DNA from: Mycobacteriales bacterium | GTDB lineage: Bacteria; Actinomycetota; Actinomycetes; Mycobacteriales; QHCE01 | Assembly (NCBI GenBank): GCA_013362805.1 | Contig: JABFVL010000008.1 | Coordinates: 18,465 to 82,464 of the forward strand | Length of the DNA stretch: 64,000 nt | Direction of reading: 5' to 3' | Part shown: positions 18,657 to 27,227 of the stretch, one piece after another | Numbering within the stretch: position 1 is the first letter of the stretch | Layout of the letters: every line of letters starts with the position of its first letter | The notes under the pieces: model-generated | Databases searched by the model: none | The model's input: only the letters and a program-made list of their open reading frames with translations | What the model was told of the DNA's origin: nothing | Translations under genes and position numbers: made by a program

Positions 18657-19047
18657 GCACCCTAAAAAACGCCGAGCCACCGCCGTACACAACACTTCCC
18701 GCCCGACCACCGTTTCACCGCCCACCACCGAATCAGCGGGCTCAAGGCAACGTTTTCGAGCAGCGGGTTTACTCGTCAACGTGGGAATGTGCGGCGCAGC
18801 GTGCTGCGGAATATGCCTCACAATTCTTCCTTTCAAGTCAAAGCTCTCTTAGTGAACGCGGCATCTTCATAAAGACCTGACTGTTCTTTTCGCACATTCG
18901 AACTGTTCTGCCACAGGATGAGAATCGACGGAACTAGGCATCGATCAATGAGGTGTCAAAACGCGCGCCACGGCGCTGAGCTGGATGGGTAGGCCGCAGT
19001 GTGAACACCAGACCGGATCGCTCGATGAGTTTGCTTGGATGTAGCAC

Positions 19048-19126
19048 CAGGCCAAGGCCCCGGCGCGGCAACCCAAATGCGATTGCTGCGCCTGACGGGG
19101 GCGGCAGGAAGGGAAACCCTGGCCTG
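19048..19126. repeat. long nested imperfect hairpin in an ORF-poor GC-rich spacer
   Basis: Three stacked stems: CAGGCCAAGG/CCCTGGCCTG (9 of 10), CCCCG/CGGGG, and GCGCGGCAA/TTGCTGCGC (one G-T), around an 11-nt loop. Confidence 0.4.
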
Positions 19127-19314
19127 ATGCCACGACCCGCGCCAATGCGGGCGGGGCGACCGAGACCACGCTGTCTGCTATTACGACCACAATGGGCAGT
19201 GCGGCGTCTCGGTGCTTGTAGCCTCACTCACCGAAGCTGTCGCGGGAAGTTGTGCGCTGTTGGCCAACCCGAGAGTCAACCCTCATACAGTGAATTCGCC
19301 GGAGAGGATCGGGC

Positions 19315-20574
19315 ATGCTAAATGACGAGAGCTATGGCCTTCTATTACGACGCTCGCGGCATGCGCGAAAGATGTCCCAGGGTGCTCTAGCCGCAGCTGT
19401 TTTCACCGATAAAACTCACATCTCACACATCGAACGAGGTCGCAGTGATGGGTCAGCTGACCTTGCTGCTCGCTGCGATGACGCGCTCGCGGCCGAAGGT
19501 GCGCTGGTCACCGCGCATTCCGCGCGGATGGCGCAGCGAGATCGTGAGGGTCAGAAGGATGACATCATGCGCCGTCGCACCATGCTGCAAGCGATGTCAG
19601 CTCTGGCAATGGGAATCGGCTCTGGAGCTACCGGGTTGGAAGCACTACGCCAGGGCCTTTCCCTTGCAGTAGGCGCTGACCGCAATAGCAATGAATGGCT
19701 CCTCATCGCCCACGAATACGCATCCCGGTATTTCACCGTCCCGGCCCCGATTCTTCTCACCGAACTGTCCTCTGATCTGACGGTCCTTCAGCACCTTCTT
19801 TCCGCGGAAACATCGGATGCTGGGCGACGTGATCTTTCCTCAGCAGGGGGGCCAGCTCGCCGCTCTCATGGCGATGAGTCTGAACAACATGGGACAGGAC
19901 CAGTCGGCCTCGCGGTGGTGGCGATCGGCCCGCCACGCACTCGATGCCTCAGGCGATGAGGTTTTGCGGCTGTGGGTACGCGGTTGCGAGGCGACCTTCT
20001 ATTTTCGAGACCATCCTGGCTATGCCGAGCGCGTGATCTCAGAAGGCCTGACTGTGGGTAGCACTCCATGTCATGGCTACGCGGCGCTTTTGGCCATACG
20101 CGCACAACTGTCCGCCCAACAAGGAGATAGACAAACGGCGGTGACAACGCTGCGCACAGCGGAGAAGGTCACTGAGGCGATGCCCGCCGCTATCGCCGAT
20201 GATGCGGTGTCTTTGCACGGTTGGCCTGCTCTGCGGTTTCATCACACCGCCAGCCTGTGTATTCCTACCTGGGAATGACGCGTGAGGCATACCGAGTGCA
20301 AGACGAAGCGCTCGCCGCCTATCCCACGGAGCTGAGGGTAGAGCGCATCAAAGTCGAACTCCACCGTGCGTTGTGTCTCGTCCATGACGGCGATATCCAG
20401 GGCGCCATGGCGCAAGGACATGCCGCTCTCGATGCCCTCCCATCCCCGCCGGGTGCCTCGATCTCATCATTTGTCCATGACCTGATGGCAGCGGTGCCAC
20501 CGCTTGAGCGCACGCGCACAGATGCCGCCGAGTTGCAGGCGCGGCTGCTGTCTATAGGGCAATCTGGTCAATGA
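19315..20574 (+). pseudogene. XRE-family HTH regulator with helical-repeat C-terminal domain, disrupted by two frameshifts
   Basis: The HTH (MSQGALAAAVFTDKTHISHIERG) and N-terminal part are in frame 1. The conserved-looking middle (GQLAALMAMSLNNMGQDQSASRWWRSA...) is in frame 2. The C-terminal part (VYSYLGMTREAYRVQDEALAAYP...LHRALCLVHDGD) is back in frame 1. The first shift coincides with a G6 run at 19846-19851 and the second lies near 20250-20258. Confidence 0.7.
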
Positions 20575-21092
20575 TGAACGTTCAACACGAATCCCCCGAA
20601 CATTTCGTGCAGCTCGAAGAAGCCGTTATAGAGCTCTACCAGACAGTGTTCAGCGAACCCCCGTACTTCGAGACCGAGGTGCACGTTCGGCAGTTTCGGT
20701 CCTTTTTTGAGAAGCATCTACAGGCGCCAGGGTTTTCTTTCATGTCAGCGCGCGATGACGCGCGCTTGGTCGGGATGGCTTATGGCGTCACCTTCGCCCC
20801 CGGCAGATGGTGGGCTGACGCCTCTCAAGAACCACCCGAAGAACTGCGCACAGCACCAACGTTCGCGGTGATGGAATGGGCGGTTCACCCCGACTATCGG
20901 CGCCAGGGAATCGGCTCCCAGCTCATAAACGCGCTCTTGGCCGACCGTGCCGAATCGTGGGCCACCCTCTGCGTCAACCCACACGCCCACGCCTACGACA
21001 TCTATCTCCGTGCGGGATGGCAACCATGCGGAACGAGTGGTTCTGAGCCTTTGCCTCCTGCGGTGATCCTGATCAAGGAACTAAAGCCATAG
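20571..21092 (+). CDS. GNAT-family N-acetyltransferase
   Basis: WAVHPDYRRQGIGSQLINALL is an acetyl-CoA binding motif. The start overlaps the last XRE fragment stop as ATGA. Confidence 0.8.
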   Translation: MMNVQHESPEHFVQLEEAVIELYQTVFSEPPYFETEVHVRQFRSFFEKHLQAPGFSFMSARDDARLVGMAYGVTFAPGRWWADASQEPPEELRTAPTFAVMEWAVHPDYRRQGIGSQLINALLADRAESWATLCVNPHAHAYDIYLRAGWQPCGTSGSEPLPPAVILIKELKP

Positions 21093-21143
21093 GTCTCCTT
21101 CGGGAATCACTGCCCGTTCGTATCTAGCTAGGGCTAGCATTTA

Positions 21144-21159
21144 TCGAACAAGTGTTCTA
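21144..21159. promoter_or_regulatory. LexA-type SOS box (Cheo-box-like)
   Basis: TCGAACAAGTGTTCTA matches the Gram-positive/actinobacterial consensus TCGAAC-N4-GTTCGA at 14 of 16 positions, with a perfect GAAC-N4-GTTC core. It lies in an AT-rich intergenic stretch. Confidence 0.5.
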
Positions 21160-21267
21160 ATCTGCTGGTCATGCATAGTGAGATTGAAAAACGGTGACTG
21201 CCCGGCTGGTACACGATCGCGTACCAGCACGCCGAGGCGCGCGCCTATAACACTCCAGCGGCGGCTG

Positions 21268-21450
21268 ATGAGTTGGCGAGTAGTTCGCCATGGCACTGCA
21301 CCATTCCCTGAGCTTGTTCGCTACTACGAAAAGGTCCAGGGTTGGAACGTTATTCGCGTGGCTGAGCGCCATGAGGTTAAGAGCTATGCCCTGGCCCGCC
21401 GAGCTGAGCCACAACCCGAGCTCGACGGTGGAATCGCGTTGAAAAACTGA
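21268..21450 (+). CDS. small hypothetical protein downstream of the SOS box
   Basis: 60 codons from ATG 21268 (MSWRVVRHGTAPFPELVRYYEKVQGWNVIRVAERHEVKSYALARR...). The track ORF starts at GTG 21178. No family recognised; coding status uncertain. Confidence 0.3.
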   Translation: MSWRVVRHGTAPFPELVRYYEKVQGWNVIRVAERHEVKSYALARRAEPQPELDGGIALKN

Positions 21451-21476
21451 TGATGGAAGCAGTGAGATGTTGTCAA

Positions 21477-22424
21477 CTACTGAACCAAAGTCTGCTTACC
21501 GGTCGCGCATATCCAGTTAGTGATCGCCTCGACGCGTTCTTGCGTCAGGGCGTGTGCACCGTCGTAACGCAGATGGGTCAGGTTCTCCCCAGCGTTTTGT
21601 GCCTCGTAGGTTGCTCGGGCGGCGTCCACAATGGCGGGCGCGTCGGCGGATGTGTCGTCCCCAGTGGCGGAAACGATGAGCATGGGGCGGGGCGCGGTGG
21701 CGCGCACAAGGTCGCCGATGTCGAATTCGCTGGCGAAACCTGGGATAACTTCTGCCATTTCGATGCCGGTTTCTTGCGCCATTTTTGTTGCATAGGTGCA
21801 GGCGGCGCCGCTGGAGGCGGCGAAGGCGATGCGTTGATCAATCGCGCTGTGGAACAGCACAGTGTTTCCGCCATAGGAATGACCGAATGTGCCGATGCGC
21901 GTGGAGTCAACGTGATCAAGCCGGTCGAGAAGTGTCACAGCCGCGCAGGCATCGGAGAGCACTTTGCGCATGAGGGTATCGCCCGTGACCAACCGGTATA
22001 CGAGTTCGTTGTAGTGCTGAAGCCAGTCGTCCGCGTGTGGCTCGCTGCCGCTGGTTTGGCGTCTGCGATCTTCAAAGCAAATGGAGTCGGGGCACAGCAC
22101 CACAAATCCCTCCCGGGCCAAACGCGGCCCGAACGCGTTTTGTTCATCGCCTAGAAGACCAGCTGTTTCGCTCTTGCCGAGGTGGCGTTCGCCATTGTGT
22201 TGATGTTGCAGCACGATCGCTGGGCATGATTCGTCGTCGACATTGGGCCGGAACAGATAGGCGGGAATCCGATCGCCCTCACCAGAATCGAAGGTGATCA
22301 GCTCGCGGCGGTAGTCGGCGAATTCTTTTACCGCGTGAGTCGTAAAGGTGCCGTCGGTGATAGGAATCGAAAGGTTGAGAAATGATGCGATATCGCGCGC
22401 GTTCATCGTCGAACTTCCTTCCAC
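21477..22424 (-). CDS. alpha/beta hydrolase (dienelactone-hydrolase / esterase-like)
   Basis: Has the nucleophile elbow GHSYGG and overall alpha/beta-hydrolase spacing. The start could also be MNARD at 22406. Confidence 0.8.
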   Translation of the reverse strand: MEGSSTMNARDIASFLNLSIPITDGTFTTHAVKEFADYRRELITFDSGEGDRIPAYLFRPNVDDESCPAIVLQHQHNGERHLGKSETAGLLGDEQNAFGPRLAREGFVVLCPDSICFEDRRRQTSGSEPHADDWLQHYNELVYRLVTGDTLMRKVLSDACAAVTLLDRLDHVDSTRIGTFGHSYGGNTVLFHSAIDQRIAFAASSGAACTYATKMAQETGIEMAEVIPGFASEFDIGDLVRATAPRPMLIVSATGDDTSADAPAIVDAARATYEAQNAGENLTHLRYDGAHALTQERVEAITNWICATGKQTLVQ

Positions 22425-22628
22425 ACCTTCGACGCGGTCACGCTTATTGTTTCACCCGCGCCGCATGCGGTGATTGAACGACCTGACGGTGGCGGACGGA
22501 CGCGGCCCAATGACGTACAAAGTAGAGTTCCCGCAGGTGAAAGGGCTACTCATACCCCATTGGGAGCTGCACAACCCCAAAGCTAGACAATGCTCACGGA
22601 AATAAGCACCGTCTAGGAGGGAAGAGGA

Positions 22629-22850
22629 ATGACAGAGCAAATAGCGGGCCCGAGGCAGCCTGGGCCAGCTAAGCCCGTAGACGAGCCCACTGCACGTCTG
22701 ATGGCACGACACTCAGACGACCTGCTGGAACGCGCACGAGCGGGTGCGATCGGCCCGTCCGTCGGAGCTCCCGGAGAAACCCCACCACCTACCGATTACC
22801 GGCAATTCATGGAGCCACAAACCGTGCAGGCACGGGTACCACGCCGATAA
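22629..22850 (+). CDS. small hypothetical protein
   Basis: 73 aa preceded by a strong Shine-Dalgarno (GGAGGGAAGAGGA-ATG). No motif recognised. Confidence 0.45.
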   Translation: MTEQIAGPRQPGPAKPVDEPTARLMARHSDDLLERARAGAIGPSVGAPGETPPPTDYRQFMEPQTVQARVPRR

Positions 22851-22873
22851 CCGCTAGATCCCCCTTGAGCTGC

Positions 22874-22914
22874 TTGGGGTGCACTGCGTGTACTCAAAAC
22901 CCAGTTCACCCCAA
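22874..22914. terminator. imperfect hairpin between convergent genes
   Basis: TTGGGGTGCAC...GTTCACCCCAA pairs at 10 of 11 positions with a 19-nt loop. Confidence 0.3.
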
Positions 22915-22954
22915 AGCCCAAACCCACGATGACGCGCACGCGCTGTCCGTTCAT

Positions 22955-25336
22955 TTAGGGACGCCTTCGCCCGGCGGATTTTGTAGCCGTCGTTGAATTG
23001 TTTGTGGCCGGTGGCTGCATCATCACGAGTGCTTGAGCACAGGCCTGGATGAAACCAGGGTCATACGCGTGACCGTGCTGCCGCTCCAAGCTCTTGAGGA
23101 TTTCCGGGGCGGCCCCGGCATATGCATGCAAATAGTCGATGCTTGCGCCCAGTTGCTGGGGATTGGCCGTCGCCGAGAACGCGACGCGCAGCGGATCTTC
23201 CTCATGCAAACGCACTACTTGATCACTTGGGTCTTGACCTTCCAATATCCCGAGCCGAGCGCCAACGAGTGTTGTCAGTGTCACGCGGGCAGTCTTACTC
23301 TGCTCACCTATCCTGATCCGCATCTTTTGTCGAGTGTTGTTGCGCGCTCCCCCAGTGTCCGCCGGGGTGGCGTCAATGATGCAGTCGTGGCCATCGCCCG
23401 TGACGCGGGCCTGTGCGTGCAAACTGGCATGAATGAGCTCATCAGCCCCTAGCTTGAGACCGGACACCCGCTCAACGTGCAGATGTGGCAGCAAATATTC
23501 AGTGGATGCTCGAATGAACTCGAAAGCCCCATCGCACTGAAAATTCAACACCCGATCGCGCACATAGCTGGAGAAATCTTTGAGGGTGAGTGCGCTGGAG
23601 TCCTTGGCGTGGCTGAGGTTCTGCAATGTGGTGTCGTACGTGTAGTTGGCAACCGCTTTGCCAGCCTGGACAAGGTCCGCTAGCGATGCTGGCGTCATGC
23701 CGGGATGCTGAAAAACCCGGCGAAAGTGTGCGCTGGCGCGCAATCCGATCGATTTATATTGTTCGACGAGTCCACTCAGGCGGGCCGTTGGAAGCAGCAG
23801 GCGGCGTGAGCCCTGATATGGGTCGATAGCAGTGCGTTGGAACGCCCACGTGTCTTCGGCGTGCGCGACCAGTTCGTAACCACCGATTTTTGGTCGATGC
23901 CCTTGATGCAGCCAACCCTCGGCCGAGTTCGGGAAATTCAATACCAAGTCGTATTCACCGGCTTCGATCGGCGCGGGCAGTTGCGAGCCTAGGTGTGGTT
24001 CTTGCTGGATGACACGAGTCACGCCATCCCATGCATCGCGGTGCGTGATGCTCCCGAGAATTATCTCTTTTTCTCTTTGCACTTCTTCCCATGAAGAGAT
24101 TGTGATTCTGCGATCGGGCTCCTCGCTCGTCTCTCTATAAGCTCTCAATGGGGTCTGGCTAGTGTCGAATATCTGACCTTGAGGTTGTTTGAGATGTAAA
24201 AGCATTGATGTGTTGCTGGTTTCAGCGAACGATTCGAACGTCAAAAAATGAGCGTTTCGCTCAATAGCCTGCTGCGCCGCTTCAACAAGACAAGATCGAG
24301 CATCAACACCATTGTTCAGATAAAAGAGCTTAATGAAATTCCTCGTCAAATCTCGAAACAAATGCTTCTCAAGACCCTGGGGTGCTATTTGCCGCAAAAG
24401 AGAATCACTCCAGCGATCCATCACGACATACGAGGGGACATCTACGCCGGAGACCCTTCTGATCATCAGCTCTGAAACATCAGCCGATGGTTGATAAATA
24501 TCGACAACGTCAACATGGTCGTCAGAGGATTTTCTACCGTGTTCGTTGATGCTAGCGAGAATCCAGTGATGTATACGTTCCCGTTGATTGCCCGAGGTTC
24601 GAGTCTGCGTCGTTTCGCGGTCAATGGCGGCGTGGATCCGATCTCGCTCAACGCGCAGGGCATGATGACTCGTTCTATCGATAGCCCGATCGACTGGAAT
24701 CCGATTGCGTATTTTAAGGGCGCTATCTTCGTTCGCTTTTCGACTAAAAATTTTCAGTTGATCAAGTGGTGCTTCACGAACATCGTTTGTGGAGTCTATA
24801 AGTGCACTTAAAAATTGATATTGGGGCGATTCGTAAACTATTCGCGAGACAGCCGACTTAATAGCTCCTTGTCGTGCCGCTACGAGAGAATCACGCTGGT
24901 CAGATATTACTTGCGACCGCTCTGAAAAATAGTCTGCTGTCTCATCCGATGACTCTACAAAAGTGTTATTGAAGAAAACTCCATCGCGTGCTCGTTGCAG
25001 ATAAAGCGTAGAGGGCACCGACTCACCCGACTGCGCGAAGTACATAAATCTGAGCTCATCAACATTCGCACGGAAAACTTCTCTGTCATCAGGATCCGCG
25101 ATTGCCGCAAGCTCGCTTCGTGCCCATTCTTCATACTCCCGGCGGAATTCATCTTCACCGACGAGAGAGAGCGCATCCAGCAATTGTTGCTCTGCTTCAG
25201 AGAGTGGGCGTAACACATACATCCATCGATTATCTCGCAGCTTCGGTGGGACAACCGTCAACCGAGTGGCGGATTCGACGCGCATACCCAGGTAGCCACG
25301 GCTAGCGCGGCCACTTTCATCGTTCGGGTTGACCAA
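22955..25336 (-). CDS. large cytoplasmic protein with C-terminal transglutaminase-like (papain-fold) Cys-His-Asp core
   Basis: 793 aa with a TTG start. The C-terminal region NFQCDGAFEFIRA...DELIHASLHAQARVTGDGHDCIIDATP fits the TGase-like C...H...D pattern (Cys codon 23534-23536, His 23429-23431, Asp 23372-23374). The N-terminal 550 aa or so have no motif I recognise. No signal peptide or TM segment is evident. The gene is AT-rich relative to its flanks. Confidence 0.75.
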   Translation of the reverse strand: MVNPNDESGRASRGYLGMRVESATRLTVVPPKLRDNRWMYVLRPLSEAEQQLLDALSLVGEDEFRREYEEWARSELAAIADPDDREVFRANVDELRFMYFAQSGESVPSTLYLQRARDGVFFNNTFVESSDETADYFSERSQVISDQRDSLVAARQGAIKSAVSRIVYESPQYQFLSALIDSTNDVREAPLDQLKIFSRKANEDSALKIRNRIPVDRAIDRTSHHALRVERDRIHAAIDRETTQTRTSGNQRERIHHWILASINEHGRKSSDDHVDVVDIYQPSADVSELMIRRVSGVDVPSYVVMDRWSDSLLRQIAPQGLEKHLFRDLTRNFIKLFYLNNGVDARSCLVEAAQQAIERNAHFLTFESFAETSNTSMLLHLKQPQGQIFDTSQTPLRAYRETSEEPDRRITISSWEEVQREKEIILGSITHRDAWDGVTRVIQQEPHLGSQLPAPIEAGEYDLVLNFPNSAEGWLHQGHRPKIGGYELVAHAEDTWAFQRTAIDPYQGSRRLLLPTARLSGLVEQYKSIGLRASAHFRRVFQHPGMTPASLADLVQAGKAVANYTYDTTLQNLSHAKDSSALTLKDFSSYVRDRVLNFQCDGAFEFIRASTEYLLPHLHVERVSGLKLGADELIHASLHAQARVTGDGHDCIIDATPADTGGARNNTRQKMRIRIGEQSKTARVTLTTLVGARLGILEGQDPSDQVVRLHEEDPLRVAFSATANPQQLGASIDYLHAYAGAAPEILKSLERQHGHAYDPGFIQACAQALVMMQPPATNNSTTATKSAGRRRP

Positions 25337-25401
25337 GCCACTAAACTAATCTCGTTCACCTAGAGCGAAAATGCGGCTCGGCATCACGTCCTGGAGATCC
25401 G

Positions 25402-26691
25402 GTGGAGTTTCGAGAACGCAACCCAGAAAATGTCGCCCGCGACGAAGCCGCCGCAGAAATGCTTGCCAGATTGCAGGCGATGGAAAATCGCGGCGAGATG
25501 GGCACCGCTGAATGGCGCCAACTCCGCGAAGAAGTCATCGACCACAGCCGCGGCTTCGCAATGTGGCTAGTGGAACATCGGATCATCGCACCGGAACTGA
25601 GCAGACAGTCCAATCAATACCATCAAGAAAGAAAAGACTTTAGGCAAGCTGCGGAACTTGGCGTGCTTGTCGCCATTGGTAATTTCATTTCTCCAGACCG
25701 CCGCGGGGATGAACCATTTTCTCGGTATCTCTCTAATGCGATTCTTGAGGAAGCCAGAGGCTTTCGGAAAGAAGTGTGGGACAAGAATATTCCCGAAGGC
25801 GGACAAGAAGCGGCAAAACATGTACGTCGAGCAATCTATCCATTAGTCAGAGAAAAAGGGGGAACAATAACGCTTGACGAATTGGTGGAAAAGCTTCGCC
25901 AACGCGACTCCTCATGGCACGCCGACAAGGTAAAAGAAATCTTGGGCTGGCTCCCCGAGCACTATTCCCAACAAGTTGTCCGTGAACGAGTGAATAGCAC
26001 CAGCTCGCGGGACAGATTTGGCACATTGAGAAACCACCGAGGCGGAATCTCATCACGTGACCAAGCAGCTGTGATGAAGTGGCTGGCCACACTTTCCGAA
26101 CGTGATAAAGCGATACTCATGCTTCGCTTCCAAGAACCGGGCGAGGGGCGACAGGCGCAAGTCGCAAGAATCGCGGACACCTATGACCTCAGACCCCTAG
26201 GAGTTGAAAGGATCGCGGGTCGACTACTTCGCGAACTTCAAGAGGCTCATCCAGAAATTGAAGTACGCGGTCTGCGGCCTCGCAAAGAATCTCGGCAAGC
26301 AACAGCCGCGGTGGCAGCCGCAGCTGAGAGACTAGACCAACCGGCGACCCGGCTCGAAGAACAAGAACCTGAGCTTGCCGAGTCAAAGCACGAAACAACA
26401 CCGCACGAACCGAGCTTGGAAACCGAAGACACACGAGGAAAAACAGAGAGCTTGCCCCCCGAGGCGAGAACGGAAACAACCCCCGTCGTATCGCTTCAAG
26501 ACTTTCCCCCTCCGCCCCGCTTCCCGCCTCGGCCTGCTATGCCCCCACCCCCACCAACCGATGCACCTCTTCATGTGGTGGCGCCGCTCACCGCGCGAAC
26601 CATTCCGCAAGATCAGCTGCTCTCAGGCTCAAGGTTCCAGAAAGCCATGCGGAGGATCCTGTTTTGGAAAAATCGATCGCCCCGTCGCTAA
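25402..26691 (+). CDS. divergent sigma-70-family protein with acidic/proline-rich C-terminal extension
   Basis: Region-2-like: DFRQAAELGVLVAIGNFISPDRRGDEPFSRYLSNAILEEARGF. Region-4-like HTH: LSERDKAILMLRFQEPGEGRQAQVARIADTYDLRPLGVERIAGRLLRELQ. The tail carries PPPPRFPPRPAMPPPPP. GTG start. Confidence 0.65.
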   Translation: MEFRERNPENVARDEAAAEMLARLQAMENRGEMGTAEWRQLREEVIDHSRGFAMWLVEHRIIAPELSRQSNQYHQERKDFRQAAELGVLVAIGNFISPDRRGDEPFSRYLSNAILEEARGFRKEVWDKNIPEGGQEAAKHVRRAIYPLVREKGGTITLDELVEKLRQRDSSWHADKVKEILGWLPEHYSQQVVRERVNSTSSRDRFGTLRNHRGGISSRDQAAVMKWLATLSERDKAILMLRFQEPGEGRQAQVARIADTYDLRPLGVERIAGRLLRELQEAHPEIEVRGLRPRKESRQATAAVAAAAERLDQPATRLEEQEPELAESKHETTPHEPSLETEDTRGKTESLPPEARTETTPVVSLQDFPPPPRFPPRPAMPPPPPTDAPLHVVAPLTARTIPQDQLLSGSRFQKAMRRILFWKNRSPRR

Positions 26692-26802
26692 AAGCGCGCT
26701 TGGCCTAACCCCAAAAAGAAGGCATTACACCCCCACAAGCCAAACCCGCTTACGGCTCTCGTTAGCTCGCACGCGGATGCCAGGAGCTCATAACATCGCT
26801 AT

Positions 26803-27222
26803 ATGACAAACGATGCTGTTTCTTCCGTGTGGCCAATCCTGCACTACGACGACACTCATAGTGCGCTGAGCTATTTCGTGAACGTGCTCGGCTTCCAACA
26901 AATAATCGCAGCCGAAGACGAACATGGTGATATAGGTCATGCCGAGCTAGCCTGGCCCGGTGGCGGCAGATTTGTCTTCGGCTCGACCAAGCACACCGAA
27001 TCCATTCATGGGCACATGCGTCCTGGAAATAACGCCATGTACGTCATCACCGACGACGTTGATTCTGTGTATCAACGAGTACTTGAATATAAAGGCGAAA
27101 TTGTGCATGCGCCTCGAGAAACCCAGTTCGGCTCTGGCGCCCAGGCCTATACGTTCACTACCCGTGACCCCGAAGGCAACCTATGGACCTTCGGCATGCC
27201 GCTAGATTCACGCAGCTCATGA
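26803..27222 (+). CDS. VOC-family (glyoxalase/bleomycin-resistance fold) protein
   Basis: 139 aa. ALSYFVNVLGF...GHAELAWPGG...YVITDDVDSVYQRV...RDPEGNLWTFG is typical of the VOC fold. Confidence 0.8.
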   Translation: MTNDAVSSVWPILHYDDTHSALSYFVNVLGFQQIIAAEDEHGDIGHAELAWPGGGRFVFGSTKHTESIHGHMRPGNNAMYVITDDVDSVYQRVLEYKGEIVHAPRETQFGSGAQAYTFTTRDPEGNLWTFGMPLDSRSS

Positions 27223-27227
27223 TCTTC

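Noticed and set aside
21450-22154. 234-aa plus-strand ORF
   Set aside because: It is antisense to the alpha/beta hydrolase gene (GHSYGG). Its composition is Gly/Ala/Cys-rich and shows no motif.
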